From positions 1 through 55,870 of the forward strand of contig DBRQ01000009.1 of NCBI GenBank assembly GCA_002306345.1: DNA of 55,870 bases. Reading direction: 5' to 3'. The notes under the pieces were generated by a model that was not told where the DNA came from, made no database searches, and saw nothing but the letters and a program-made list of their open reading frames with translations. A program made the translations under genes and the position numbers. Shown here in pieces: positions 1 through 10,151 of this stretch; position 1 is the first letter of the stretch, and each line of letters begins with the position of its first letter. This DNA comes from Candidatus Pacebacteria bacterium UBA1364 (lineage in GTDB: Bacteria; Patescibacteriota; Microgenomatia; UBA1400; PJMF01).

Positions 1-1
1 G

Positions 2-592
2 TATATTAAAAGGCAAAAATTGCCTACTGTTTCTGTCAAAACCAGAATTGGGTACGCTCATGAGGAAATTGCCAGTTGGTTGCCTTATTTGCTTGAAATG
101 CGGCCCGCCGCCATTTCTCTACACGCTCGGACGTTCAAGCAAGGCTACTCTGGAGAAGCCGACTGGTCGGTAATTGGGCGGGCCGCTACTTTGATTAAAA
201 ATACTGATCCTTCAGTTATTTTTTTAGGTAATGGCGATGTGAGTGATTATGAGCAAGCCCAAAAGAAAGTGGCACAATATGGGGTTGATGGAGTGTTAAT
301 TGGTCGCGCTAGTTTTGGGAAACCATTTATTTTTTTGCCACAAGAAAAGCGACACCAATTTTTAGCAGAAAAAAATATTTTTCAAATTGCTCTGGAGCAC
401 GCTCAATTATATGAGGCCACTTACGCGCAAGATGAAAAATATAGTTTTTTGCCAATGCGAAAACATTTGGCGTGGTACACTAGAGGAGTAAAGGAGGCAG
501 CTATCATTAGAGCTGAATTGGTGCGCACTAACAGTGCTTTAGAAGTGGCACAAATTTTGCAAAAATACCATTTAAATGAAAAAAATGACTAA
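2..592 (+). CDS. dus: tRNA-dihydrouridine synthase, C-terminal portion (5' end outside window)
   Basis: The frame is open from the window edge, and the track ORF 20..592 begins at an internal TTG. Dus-like signatures: ISLHARTFKQGYSGEADW, GNGDV, GVDGVLIGRASFGKPFIF. Confidence 0.8.
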   Translation, partial: YIKRQKLPTVSVKTRIGYAHEEIASWLPYLLEMRPAAISLHARTFKQGYSGEADWSVIGRAATLIKNTDPSVIFLGNGDVSDYEQAQKKVAQYGVDGVLIGRASFGKPFIFLPQEKRHQFLAEKNIFQIALEHAQLYEATYAQDEKYSFLPMRKHLAWYTRGVKEAAIIRAELVRTNSALEVAQILQKYHLNEKND

Positions 593-3500
593 TTTTGAGT
601 TAGCTTATCAAAGTCTTAATCCACTGCAAAAAGCGGCTGTTGATCATATTGAACAGGGGCCGCTTTTATTGATTGCTGGGCCAGGAACTGGCAAAACTCA
701 AGTCTTATCATTACGCATTGCTAATATTTTACGCCAAACTGATGCCAAACCCGATACGATTTTGGCTCTCACTTTCACCGAAGCGGCTGCCAAAAACATG
801 CGTGAACGGTTATTGAAAATTATTGGCAAGGATGCTTATTACGTTAACATCAGTACTTTTCATGCTTTTTGTCGTCAAGTGATTGCTGAACATGGTGAAT
901 ATTTTCCGCTACAGCGAGAAAGTGAACATTTAAGTGAGTTGGATCGCTATCAATTGTTTGAAAATTTACTGGATGAACTTAAACCCGAACATTTACGTCC
1001 ACTCAATGACCAGTATTTTTATGTGAACGACATTATCCAAGCAATTTCAGATTTAAAGAGAGAAGGTATTTCTGTTTTGCAGTTTGACGAAATGGTGCGG
1101 GCACAGGAGCAAGAACTTTTGACGCTTAAAGAACAAAGTAAAAGTAAGACCAAAATTGCTGCGCTGGAAAAAAAATTTCTTAAAAACAAAAATTTGCTTT
1201 TACTTTACCAAGCTTATCAAGAACGTTTGCGTCAAACTTTGCGTTTTGATTATGATGACATGATTAATTTTGTGGTTGAGGCTTTTAGTACTCATGAACT
1301 TTTACTGCGTGAATATCAAGAGAACCTGCACTATTTTTTAGTTGATGAATATCAAGATACCAACTCTGCGCAAAACAAATTAGTTAATCTGTTAGTTTCT
1401 TATTGGGAAGAAATGGGTGGAATGGCCGATTTGTTTGCTGTGGGTGATCCCAATCAAGCGATTTATCGTTTTCAGGGGGCTTCTGTGGAAAATGTTTTAG
1501 CTTTTACTCGCACTTATCCCAATGCGACGGTAATTACCTTAGACACGGCTTATCGTTGTCCACAAAACATTTATGATTTAGCTACACACATTATCGCTCA
1601 CAACAAATTATCACAGTTGAGCAGTTTGGACGAAAAAATTCAGTTGGTAACGCACTTAAAAAATCCTAAAGGTGTGAGTACAAAAATTAAGTTTTTTCAA
1701 GCGCCTTCACAAGTTTTAGAAGCGGTCAGCGTAGTTGAAGAAATTAAAAAACTGCAAGAAACTGGAGTCGCGTTAACGCAGATAGCAGTTTTATATCGCA
1801 ATCATGCTGATGCTAATGATTTAATTGAAGCTGCAAAAAAGTGGGCCATTGCTTATCGCTTAAGTAAAGGTGACGATGTTTTGCAAAATGAACATATTGT
1901 ACAATTACTTGATTTAATGCGTTTAATTAGTAATCTTCGCGAAGCTCAAGAAATTGATTTACTCTACAACGTGATGACTTTTTCTTGGTTAGGTTTAGAT
2001 CCTCTCGTGGTAATGAAATTAGGCCGTGTAGCTGGCACATTACGTTTAGACCTTTACGATTTAATTGCTAGAGGTTTAGACTTTATCAATCAAGCACTAG
2101 TTGGCCAAGAAATTACCCCTGTAGAATTCGCCACTATTACAGCCTTTTTGGATAAATTGCGCGCTTTTGGTATTAAAGATCAAATGATGACCTTTAATCA
2201 TTTTTTTGAAGAAGTATTAAGTGATAAAGGTTTTGCTTTTTTAGCTTACTTAAAAACATTACCTGATAGTTTTGAGCAAATTGCTATTTTAAATGCTCTC
2301 TTTGCCGAAGTTAAATCGATGCTTAATAATAATCATCAATTAAAATTGAATGATTTTCTCAAGCAGATTGCCACTTATCAAGAGCACAAAATTGAGATTC
2401 AAAGTAAAACTGCTGTTACTGACAATGATGCGGTCTATTTTTCCACGGTGCACAGTGCCAAAGGAATGGAGTGGGATTATGTTTTTTTGATCAATCTAGT
2501 CGACAAAAAATGGGGGAACCAAAAAGATAATAGTAAAATCAAATTACCAACTGGTATTATTAAAAATACTGATTTATCAGATAAAGAACGCAATGAGGAT
2601 GATCGTCGCTTGTTTTATGTAGCGCTAACGCGAGCCAAAAAACAACTTTATTTGAGTTTTCCTCTAAAAATTGTCGAGAATAATCAAATCAGTGATAAAT
2701 TTCCCTCGATTTTTTTACAAGAATTGAAAGAAATCGAAGATAAAACAGGCACCACTTTCTTAGAAGTAAATCAAAATAGCCAAATCATTGAGCAAGCTCC
2801 AACTTATTTAAGTAAATTAATGTCTCCAGCGCCTGTTCGTTCTTTTGGCGCGGAAGAACAAGCTTTTCTGGAAACGCTGGTCAAAGATTTTCAATTGTCA
2901 GTGACAGCGCTTAACACTTATTTGCGCGATCCAAAAGAATTTTTAGAAAAAAATTTATTACGTATTCCCAGAGCAAAAAAAACTTTTATGTCTTTTGGTA
3001 CAGCTGTGCACGCTGCTTTGGAAAGATTTTATAAATTGGAAAAACAAACTCTTGAAGTTCCCAATTTAGAGTTTTTATTAGCTGAGTTTACGCATGCTTT
3101 AGAAAAAGAAGTCTTAAGCACGAGTGATTTCACTGATCGTCTGCAATATGGCCGACAAATTTTGACTAGTTATTATCAAGATCGTTTATTGACCAAAGTG
3201 AATGTTTTTGACGTAGAAAGAAGTTTCGGTTCTGGTCGTAAAATTTTTTTGGGCGATATTCCACTTTCTGGTAAAATCGATCGCATTGATTTAGTGGATC
3301 AAGAACGAGGTTTGTTGAGAGTTTACGATTATAAAACTGGAGAACCTAAAACTCGCGGTGGAATTGAAGCTACCAGCAAAACTTACCAAAAAGATTTTTC
3401 TAAGCGTGAATTAGAATTGCCAGCAACAATTCGTGGCCCTTACAAACGTCAATTAATTTTTTACAAACTACTATTAGATTTAGACAGAACAATCAATCCT

Positions 3501-3683
3501 AATTGGCAAGTGAGTGAAGCGGTTTTTGAATTTATTGAGCCTAAAACCAAAGGTGGCAACCAACATGTCGCTCATGCTTATGTCATTACTGATGAAGAAA
3601 TCGCTGATCTTAAACAACTAATTAAACAAGTGATGCAAGAAATTCGTTCCCTTAGTTTTCTCCATGAAGTTCTCGTAAAGTGA
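576..3683 (+). CDS. UvrD/PcrA-type SF1 helicase fused to a C-terminal PD-(D/E)XK (RecB/AddA-like) nuclease domain
   Basis: Helicase motifs: Walker A AGPGTGKTQ, VDEYQDTN, VGDPNQAIYRFQGA, TVHSAKGMEWDYVFL, RRLFYVALTRAKK. C-terminal nuclease-like motif GKIDRIDL...VYDYKTG. Ends with TGA. Confidence 0.85.
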   Translation: MKKMTNFELAYQSLNPLQKAAVDHIEQGPLLLIAGPGTGKTQVLSLRIANILRQTDAKPDTILALTFTEAAAKNMRERLLKIIGKDAYYVNISTFHAFCRQVIAEHGEYFPLQRESEHLSELDRYQLFENLLDELKPEHLRPLNDQYFYVNDIIQAISDLKREGISVLQFDEMVRAQEQELLTLKEQSKSKTKIAALEKKFLKNKNLLLLYQAYQERLRQTLRFDYDDMINFVVEAFSTHELLLREYQENLHYFLVDEYQDTNSAQNKLVNLLVSYWEEMGGMADLFAVGDPNQAIYRFQGASVENVLAFTRTYPNATVITLDTAYRCPQNIYDLATHIIAHNKLSQLSSLDEKIQLVTHLKNPKGVSTKIKFFQAPSQVLEAVSVVEEIKKLQETGVALTQIAVLYRNHADANDLIEAAKKWAIAYRLSKGDDVLQNEHIVQLLDLMRLISNLREAQEIDLLYNVMTFSWLGLDPLVVMKLGRVAGTLRLDLYDLIARGLDFINQALVGQEITPVEFATITAFLDKLRAFGIKDQMMTFNHFFEEVLSDKGFAFLAYLKTLPDSFEQIAILNALFAEVKSMLNNNHQLKLNDFLKQIATYQEHKIEIQSKTAVTDNDAVYFSTVHSAKGMEWDYVFLINLVDKKWGNQKDNSKIKLPTGIIKNTDLSDKERNEDDRRLFYVALTRAKKQLYLSFPLKIVENNQISDKFPSIFLQELKEIEDKTGTTFLEVNQNSQIIEQAPTYLSKLMSPAPVRSFGAEEQAFLETLVKDFQLSVTALNTYLRDPKEFLEKNLLRIPRAKKTFMSFGTAVHAALERFYKLEKQTLEVPNLEFLLAEFTHALEKEVLSTSDFTDRLQYGRQILTSYYQDRLLTKVNVFDVERSFGSGRKIFLGDIPLSGKIDRIDLVDQERGLLRVYDYKTGEPKTRGGIEATSKTYQKDFSKRELELPATIRGPYKRQLIFYKLLLDLDRTINPNWQVSEAVFEFIEPKTKGGNQHVAHAYVITDEEIADLKQLIKQVMQEIRSLSFLHEVLVK

Positions 3684-4260
3684 TACTGTCAAGATCTCTT
3701 TGTGAAATAATCATTTCTTCTTTGGCAAATGGCCAGGTGATATTTAAATCTTGATCAAAAATAGAAATGGCTAAATCATCTTTTTCGTCTCTTTCATGAT
3801 AGAGCAAATCAACTCCGTAAAGATAATAAACTGGCCCCTCGATCGCACAAATCGAATTGCCAATTTTTTTACTAATGTAAAGGCTTTCGCCCCACTCGTT
3901 TTGTGGATCAGCAACAAAATCAAAATATTCAATATTTTTGTAGCTTGGTGAATCATGCCGAACATCAGCCAGAGCACAAAAAGCGTGACCAGCGATGACG
4001 GTTACTAATTTATTCCAGCTTTCAGAGTGCAAACCTCTAACAATTTTGCTTTGCGAGACTGATAAATTAACTTGTTTAATTTGGAAATTCGGATTAATAC
4101 CCGCTGCTCTAATTCTTTCCGGTTCGAGAATTTGTGAAAAAAATCCCCGTTCATCAATCATTTTTTTGTATTTAATATAAAAAAGTCCTTCAATCTTGGT
4201 TTTAAAAATATTTTCAGCGATTTCTAATTCTTGGTTGGGGACATAATAATTGATTGCCAT
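3652..4260 (-). CDS. dTDP-4-dehydrorhamnose 3,5-epimerase-like cupin (RmlC family)
   Basis: Motifs DERGFF, VRGLHSE, NKLVTVIAGHAF..ADVR typical of RmlC-type epimerases. Its 3' end overlaps the convergent helicase gene by 32 nt. Confidence 0.7.
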   Translation of the reverse strand: MAINYYVPNQELEIAENIFKTKIEGLFYIKYKKMIDERGFFSQILEPERIRAAGINPNFQIKQVNLSVSQSKIVRGLHSESWNKLVTVIAGHAFCALADVRHDSPSYKNIEYFDFVADPQNEWGESLYISKKIGNSICAIEGPVYYLYGVDLLYHERDEKDDLAISIFDQDLNITWPFAKEEMIISQRDLDSITLRELHGEN

Positions 4261-4375
4261 AATATTTTTTAGTCTAACATAAGATCTACACTTTAATAAG
4301 TCGTGACTGCTTAAAACTTCTGATAATTAAATTTTGTTGTCGCAAAGTTTGAAATTTTGAGTACAATCTCTGTTT

Positions 4376-5584
4376 ATGGCAGATTCATATTTACCAGCAC
4401 AGGATATTATCGACAAATATGCTCATGTCTTGATTAATTTTGCACTTAATTCTGGCGCAGGAGTCAGGAAAGGGGCAGTGGTGCAATGTAGTGTGCCAGA
4501 TGTGGCCAAGCCCATCGCTTTGGCACTACAAAATACTTTACTTAAAGCTGGTGCCAACCCCATCATGCGCTTGTTACCCACCGGTTTTGACCGTGATTTT
4601 TATACTTTAGCCAGTGAAGAACAATTAGTGTTTTTTCCTCACGAATTTTCCAAAGCAAGGGCTAATTTGATTGATCATCAAATTGGTATCATTGCCGAAC
4701 CAGAACCCTCAGCGCTTGCGCAAGTTGACCCTCACAAAATTATGTTAGCTCGCAACACTCAAAAACCTTATAACGATTGGTTAGTAGATAAAGAAAATCG
4801 AGGTAAGTTCACTTGGACAGTGGCCTTGTGGGGTGTCGAGGCTAAAGCTAATGAAGTAGGCTTAAGCCTTGAGGAATATTGGCAACAAATTATTCAGGCC
4901 TGTTTTTTAAATGAGCCAGACCCGGTGGCTAAATGGCGAGAAACTTTGCTTATTCAAGAAGAAATTAAGCAAAAACTCAACCAAATGCGTATAGAGTACG
5001 TGCTGGTTAAGGGTGACGATGTTGATTTAAAAATCAAAATTGGAGCCAATCGTATTTGGCAAGGAGGTGGTGGGCGTAATATCCCCAGTTTTGAAATTTT
5101 TACCTCACCAGATTGGCGAGAAATTGATGGCTGGATCAGTTTTAATGAGCCTTTGTATCGTTACGGTAATATCATTCGAGACATTTATTTGCGGGTGGAA
5201 AATGGATTAATTGTGGAAGCTAAAGCCAAAACTGGCAATCAATTTTTACAAACGATGCTGCAAACTGCCAACGCTAACAAATTTGGCGAGTTCTCTATGA
5301 CTGATAAGCGCATGTCACGCATCACTCATTCGATGGCAGAGACTTTATTTGATGAAAACATTGGGGGTCGTTTCGGTAATTCGCATTTGGCACTTGGCAT
5401 GGCTTACAAAGATTGTTATCGGGGCAATCCTGACGTGGTCAAGCCTGAGGAGTGGGAGGCCATGGGTTTTAATGATTCAGCCGAACACACGGATATAATG
5501 ACCACTACTGATCGCCGCGTGACAGCAATTTTACCAGACGGTAGCAAAGTGTTAATTTACAAAAATGGTCAATTTGTAATTTAA
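4376..5584 (+). CDS. aminopeptidase, M29 (AmpS/PepS) family
   Basis: 402 aa. Overall resemblance to thermophilic metalloprotease M29 (NIPSFEIFTSP, DENIGGRFGNSHLALG, EHTDIM). TACAAT box at 4362..4367, 8 nt before the ATG. Confidence 0.7.
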   Translation: MADSYLPAQDIIDKYAHVLINFALNSGAGVRKGAVVQCSVPDVAKPIALALQNTLLKAGANPIMRLLPTGFDRDFYTLASEEQLVFFPHEFSKARANLIDHQIGIIAEPEPSALAQVDPHKIMLARNTQKPYNDWLVDKENRGKFTWTVALWGVEAKANEVGLSLEEYWQQIIQACFLNEPDPVAKWRETLLIQEEIKQKLNQMRIEYVLVKGDDVDLKIKIGANRIWQGGGGRNIPSFEIFTSPDWREIDGWISFNEPLYRYGNIIRDIYLRVENGLIVEAKAKTGNQFLQTMLQTANANKFGEFSMTDKRMSRITHSMAETLFDENIGGRFGNSHLALGMAYKDCYRGNPDVVKPEEWEAMGFNDSAEHTDIMTTTDRRVTAILPDGSKVLIYKNGQFVI

Positions 5585-5605
5585 TTTAGTGCTAAAATAA
5601 GCCCA

Positions 5606-6382
5606 ATGATCATTAATTCAGATCATCAACTACTTAAATATCAAAAAATTGGTAAAAAATCGACCGACATTCTCTGGCAATTGTGGCAAGCTACAGTTGA
5701 GGGAATTACACCAATCGAAATTGATCAATTAGCCGCTAAACTTTGTCAAAAAAACGCTGTGCTGCCAGCTTTTAAAGGGGTGGGTTCCAAAAAAAATCCT
5801 TACCGCTACGTGACTTGTATTGGCATTAATGACGTGGTGGTGCATGGCATTCCTAATGAAACTCCTTTGCAAAAAGGTGATTTAGTCAAAGTTGATTTCG
5901 GTATCATTGAAGATGGTTTTTACACCGATCATTGTTTTACCAAAGCCATTGGTCAACCCAGTGAAGCAGATTTGCGCCTAATGAAAGTGGCGCGCCGCAG
6001 TGTACAAGAGGCGGCGCGCAAAGCTATTATTGGTAATCAAATTGGAGATTTGGGTTTTACGATGCAAACTGTGGCTGAAAAAGCTGGTTTTAGTACGGTT
6101 AAAGAATTTGTGGGGCATGGCATTGGTTTGACCATGCATGATGATCCACAAATTCCCGCTTGGGGCAAAGTGCGTAAAGGTTTGACTCTTAAAAGAGGTC
6201 AGGTTTTGTGCGTTGAGGCCCAAATTATTGCTTCTCGAGATGACAGCGTTTATATGGATGATGACGGTTGGACAATTCGCTCTAATTCTGGAGCCAAAGC
6301 AGCGATGTTTGAATACATGGTGGTGGTCCAAGAAAGAAGACCAATTTTTCTGACGCCAACTTTAGAATGGCCTTTGTATTGA
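5606..6382 (+). CDS. map: type I methionine aminopeptidase
   Basis: VVHGIPN, DLVKVDFG, YTDHCFT, GHGIG..MHDDPQIP and EYMVVV are canonical MetAP metal-ligand blocks. Confidence 0.9.
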   Translation: MIINSDHQLLKYQKIGKKSTDILWQLWQATVEGITPIEIDQLAAKLCQKNAVLPAFKGVGSKKNPYRYVTCIGINDVVVHGIPNETPLQKGDLVKVDFGIIEDGFYTDHCFTKAIGQPSEADLRLMKVARRSVQEAARKAIIGNQIGDLGFTMQTVAEKAGFSTVKEFVGHGIGLTMHDDPQIPAWGKVRKGLTLKRGQVLCVEAQIIASRDDSVYMDDDGWTIRSNSGAKAAMFEYMVVVQERRPIFLTPTLEWPLY

Positions 6383-6451
6383 TTTTTTGTCATTAATGAT
6401 TTGTCAAGTGCTTCAAACTGTATCTCTTTTATGTCTTTTCCTGATTTACGT

Positions 6452-6479
6452 TTGCTTTTTGCTAATTAAAAAGTATAAT
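6452..6479 (+). promoter_or_regulatory. sigma70-type promoter candidate for rpoD (TTGCTT-16 nt-TATAAT)
   Basis: TTGCTT at 6452..6457 and TATAAT at 6474..6479, with the ATG 11 nt downstream. No Shine-Dalgarno sequence is visible. Confidence 0.4.
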
Positions 6480-6490
6480 TATAAACTCTT

Positions 6491-7600
6491 ATGACTGACC
6501 AAGTAGCCCCTAAAAAAATTCCCAAAGCCCTCCAAGAGGAAATTAAGCAACTTTTCAAAGTGGCTAGTTCTCGTGGTTACGTTACCCAAGATGAAATTTT
6601 AGATGTCTTCGTCGAGCCAGAAATTTACGTGGAGGAACTTGATGATCTTTATGATCGCTTTTTCAAAAAAAATATTGATATTTTTGAATCAGTTTCCAAA
6701 GATGAAACCGCTGGCGACGAAGATGTCCTCAAGCAAGAATTAGATGTTTTAGCTAATCTAGGCAGTGTCGGGGTGTCTGATCCGGTACGGATGTATTTGA
6801 AGGAAATTGGTCGGATTCCACTTTTAAATCGTGAGGAAGAAATTCGTTTGGCTCAAGAAGTAGAGTCAGGCAGTGAAAAAGCCAAAAAAGCTTTAATTAA
6901 TGCCAATTTGCGTTTGGTAGTTTCTATTGCTAAAAAATACATTGGTCGCGGTATGACTTTTCTTGATTTAATTCAGGAAGGTAATAAGGGTTTAATTCGA
7001 GCAGTGGAAAAGTATGATTGGACCAAAGGCTTCAAGTTTTCGACTTATGCCACTTGGTGGATCAGGCAAGCAATTACCCGTTCGATTGCTGACCAAGCTC
7101 GCACCATTCGTATTCCAGTGCACATGGTGGAGACAATCAATAAATTGATGCGTACTTCCCGTCGCTTAATGCAAGATTTGGGTCGCGAGCCCACTCCAGA
7201 AGAAATTGGCGAGAAAATGGAATTGGAACCGGAAAAAGTGCGTGAAATTTTAAAGATTTCTCAAAACACCACTTCTTTGGAAACACCAGTTGGAGATGGC
7301 GAGGACGACAGTACTTTGGGTGATTTTATTGCTGACGAAAAACAAGACAGTCCTTACGACACCACCAGCAAACAAATGCTTTCTGAAAATGTCGAAGAAG
7401 TGCTCAAAGCTTTATCTGACCGTGAAGCTAAAGTACTGCGCATGCGTTTTGGTTTGGCTGGCAATCGCACTATGACTTTGGAAGAGGTCGGTAAGGAATT
7501 TGGGGTGACGCGTGAGCGTATTCGTCAAATTGAAGCAAAAGCCTTGCGTAAATTAAAACACCCTAGTAAACGCAAAAAACTGCAAGACTTTTTAGAATAA
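6491..7600 (+). CDS. rpoD: RNA polymerase primary sigma factor (sigma-70 family)
   Basis: Region 1.2 ([16 protein letters not shown]), region 2 ([32 protein letters not shown]), region 3, and region 4.2 ([28 protein letters not shown]). Confidence 0.92.
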   Translation: MTDQVAPKKIPKALQEEIKQLFKVASSRGYVTQDEILDVFVEPEIYVEELDDLYDRFFKKNIDIFESVSKDETAGDEDVLKQELDVLANLGSVGVSDPVRMYLKEIGRIPLLNREEEIRLAQEVESGSEKAKKALINANLRLVVSIAKKYIGRGMTFLDLIQEGNKGLIRAVEKYDWTKGFKFSTYATWWIRQAITRSIADQARTIRIPVHMVETINKLMRTSRRLMQDLGREPTPEEIGEKMELEPEKVREILKISQNTTSLETPVGDGEDDSTLGDFIADEKQDSPYDTTSKQMLSENVEEVLKALSDREAKVLRMRFGLAGNRTMTLEEVGKEFGVTRERIRQIEAKALRKLKHPSKRKKLQDFLE

Positions 7601-7604
7601 AAGC

Positions 7605-8342
7605 ATGAAGCTGATTTCCTGTAATATTGAAGGAGATAAACATTTTCAAGCGCGATTGTTTCCTTTTTTTGCTAAAGAACAGGCCGATATCTTAGTTTTG
7701 CAAGAGGTATTTGAGGTTGATCTAGAGAAAATTAAACAGGCCAGTGGTTTGAAGAGTTGCGTTTTTTATCCTCAGGCTAATATTATTTTACCCAATATTC
7801 ATTTGCCTCTAAAAGGTTCTTGGGGCGTAGCGATTTTTGCCAATGAGATCATTGAGGAAGAAGGTTTTTATTATTGTGGTCATCAACACGGTCAATTGGC
7901 CGTTTTCAAAAATGGTCATCCAGAACTAATTGATCGGGTGGCTTTAAGAGCCAAGGTTAAAGTTAACGAGCAGCTTTTTCAACTAGTGACGGTCCATTTT
8001 ACTTGGTCAGGAGATGCCACAATCACCGCTTTGCAACAAAGGGATTATCTAATATTGAGACAATTTTTAGAGAGTTTTGAAGAAATTATTTTGTGTGGAG
8101 ATCTCAATACACCTAGAGGTGGAAAGATTTTTGATGATTTAGCCAAAAAATATACCGATAATATTCCCCTTGCAATTGAGACCACCATTGATAAAAATTT
8201 ACATAAGTCTGGTAAAGATATTCGTTTAGTAGTTGATTCCCTGTTTACCAGCAAGGAGTATGTGGCTAAGGAAGTGAGAGTAGTGCCTAATACCAGTGAT
8301 CACATGGCGGTGGTAGCAGAGATCGAAAGAGTTTCTTCATAA
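7605..8342 (+). CDS. endonuclease/exonuclease/phosphatase (EEP) family protein
   Basis: SCNIEG, ILVLQEV, GDLNTPRG and a C-terminal SDHMAV, which are EEP catalytic blocks. Starts 4 nt after the rpoD stop. Confidence 0.65.
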   Translation: MKLISCNIEGDKHFQARLFPFFAKEQADILVLQEVFEVDLEKIKQASGLKSCVFYPQANIILPNIHLPLKGSWGVAIFANEIIEEEGFYYCGHQHGQLAVFKNGHPELIDRVALRAKVKVNEQLFQLVTVHFTWSGDATITALQQRDYLILRQFLESFEEIILCGDLNTPRGGKIFDDLAKKYTDNIPLAIETTIDKNLHKSGKDIRLVVDSLFTSKEYVAKEVRVVPNTSDHMAVVAEIERVSS

Positions 8343-8345
8343 ATT

Positions 8346-8354
8346 TGCTATACT
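8346..8354 (+). promoter_or_regulatory. extended -10 box TGcTATACT, 8 nt upstream of the ATG at 8363
   Basis: Read directly from the sequence. The same TTGCTATACT string recurs at 12316..12325. Confidence 0.4.
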
Positions 8355-8362
8355 GAATAGAA

Positions 8363-9037
8363 ATGTTATTTTACTTAGCAGAATTTCTATTGTTTGCGTT
8401 TTGTGGTTGGATCATTGATTCCGTATTTTCTTCCATCACTAGTAAAAAGTGGATTTCCTCTGGATATTTTCCAGGAGTGCCTTTATGTCCAATCTATGGC
8501 TTTGGCGGAATTATTATGTTTAACAGTTTTGCACTGTTAAACAATCAAGGAGCTTTGGCAAGCATAATTATTACTACTTTTCTGGTTATTTTATTGGAAT
8601 ATGTGGGCGGATGGTTAGCAGAACATTTGTTAGAAGAAAAGTTATGGGATTATTCAAACGAGAAATGGAATTTTGGTGGCTACATTAGCTTATGGCATAG
8701 TTTTTTATGGTTGGTTTTGGTGGGTATAGTGTATTTTTTATTAGCCCATCCTATTAATACGCTCTTGGCTTGGTTGAAGGCTCAATTGCTGATTAATTCA
8801 TCTATTGAAGTTCTCTTAACTTTGACTTTTGTTTTTATATTTCTTTTGCTAACTTTTAAGACTAAAGAAAAACGCTTAAAACGTTTGTCTTTGAATAAAG
8901 ACTTTAAATCTTTAGAAGATATGTTTGATTGGCAACAATGGCAGCGATTGACAAAAAAAAAGAGACAAGAATTGCTTGAACGATTTGAACAAAATCATTT
9001 AATACAAAAATTGAAAGATTTAGAAGAAAAGTTATAA
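8363..9037 (+). CDS. multi-pass membrane protein (resembles the 'putative ABC-transporter type IV' PF06541-like family)
   Basis: N-terminal GWIIDSVF...PLCPIYGFGG and several hydrophobic spans, followed by a charged coiled C-terminus. The family assignment is from memory. Confidence 0.5.
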   Translation: MLFYLAEFLLFAFCGWIIDSVFSSITSKKWISSGYFPGVPLCPIYGFGGIIMFNSFALLNNQGALASIIITTFLVILLEYVGGWLAEHLLEEKLWDYSNEKWNFGGYISLWHSFLWLVLVGIVYFLLAHPINTLLAWLKAQLLINSSIEVLLTLTFVFIFLLLTFKTKEKRLKRLSLNKDFKSLEDMFDWQQWQRLTKKKRQELLERFEQNHLIQKLKDLEEKL

Positions 9038-9049
9038 TCAAATAGGTTT

Positions 9050-9141
9050 CCCAGCAGCTTGCTGCGGGAGGAGTCAATGATATTACGGCGATGGCTGTGA
9101 TATTATCAAAGACATTAATACCCCGTCAGCTTGCTGTGGGG
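9050..9141 (+). repeat. two related hairpins with identical CUUG loop (cccagcag-cttg-ctgcggg at 9050..9068; ccccgtcag-cttg-ctgtgggg at 9121..9141)
   Basis: Imperfect direct repeat of a stem-loop, about 70 nt apart, lying between the stop of 8363..9037 and tRNA-Asn. Confidence 0.45.
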
Positions 9142-9216
9142 AAGTTGATTACTTGAATTGGCATTTTATTGAAACTGCAGTAAAATGTAGCCTGTTATTA
9201 ACATTAATTTTGACAA

Positions 9217-9288
9217 TCCCCGATAGCTCAATGGCAGAGCAGGAAGCTGTTAACTTCAAGGTTTGTGGTTCGAGTCCACATCGGGGAG
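9217..9288 (+). tRNA. tRNA-Asn (anticodon GTT)
   Basis: Manual cloverleaf: acceptor TCCCCGA/TCGGGGA, D arm GCTC/GAGC, anticodon loop CTGTTAA, T arm TGTGG-TTCGAGT-CCACA. 72 nt, no encoded CCA. Confidence 0.9.
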
Positions 9289-9356
9289 CCCTTTCAACAT
9301 AAATCACCATAAAGTTACAGTAAGACTATTGCCGAGGAAAACTGCAACTATTTTAA

Positions 9357-9758
9357 GCTCGGAGCATAGATAACACCAGAAAAATTAAGTTTATTGAGGC
9401 CAACTCGACTAACTTTATAGATATTCAAAAATTAGCACCGCCTGACTTTAAAAATATTACCAAAGGAAGACATGGTGGAATTTTCGTACTCAAAAATAAT
9501 GTTCAGCAGCAAGTATACTTTGCTGATAAACAGGTTCAGGATTTAGTGCTCTCGCCATCTCAACAGCAAATTGTTTTTTCTTACAATCCAAACGAAAATG
9601 ACGAATTAAGAGAGCATGAGCTGATATTAATGATTCTTGGTTTAACCACATTGCAGGGCATAACATTGTTGCATATACAAACTGGAGAGACTATAAATGC
9701 AACTTTATCTTACATGACGCCCTCTGACCGACCAGTTTATACTCATTTCAAAGATTAG
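9357..9758 (+). pseudogene. start-less gene fragment (PD40/TolB-like beta-propeller flavour)
   Basis: The frame is open from 9357 with no ATG until a GTG at 9546. Translation reads ..GRHGGIFVLKNN..DLVLSPSQQQIVFSYNPNEN... It sits in an ~860-nt otherwise non-coding stretch. Confidence 0.35.
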
Positions 9759-10151
9759 TTTGGCAATCATCATGAGGTAAACAACTTTGTTGAGAGTATT
9801 GATACAGAAACAGTGGAAGGTAACTCTTACTGACTCTTTAATATGAGAACAGACCAAGCTGAAAAAGCCCGGCAGGAAAAATTTATTTTTGCTGAAAACA
9901 ATCTTATTTTAGAGTCTTAGCAACCTATTATTTCACTCATACCACTAATACAATAGGAAAAAGCTGGACCCTACCACTAAAAAGGGAGAATATCTGAGGT
10001 TTTAATCCACACAAAGCCCTACATAGTTTAGAAAGAGTTTTGAGGGTGCCAGTCAGGTGTCATTTTCAAAAATGAAAATTCTATGCTCAATAGAAAAGTG
10101 CAGACGATTCTTGTTGCAGAAGATTTGGGATTTTAGGTTAGAATATGCATT

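Noticed and set aside
3771-4180. Short ORFs nested in or antisense to the RmlC-like gene. Similar nested ORFs occur at 5978..6331, 7290..7475, 8045..8254, 13070..13423, 14114..14395, 14750..14974, 15088..15552, 20473..20703, 21094..21702, 24372..24774, 30872..31103, 31916..32586, 33814..34005, 34164..34486, 37696..38203, 38403..38630, 41330..42222, 42489..42674, 43165..43515, 44419..44604, 45057..45284, 47261..47485, 53839..54024 and 55485..55837.
   Set aside because: All lie inside longer ORFs that have clear motif support on the other frame or strand. Their compositions are low-complexity or Cys/Ser/Leu-biased, as expected of shadow frames.
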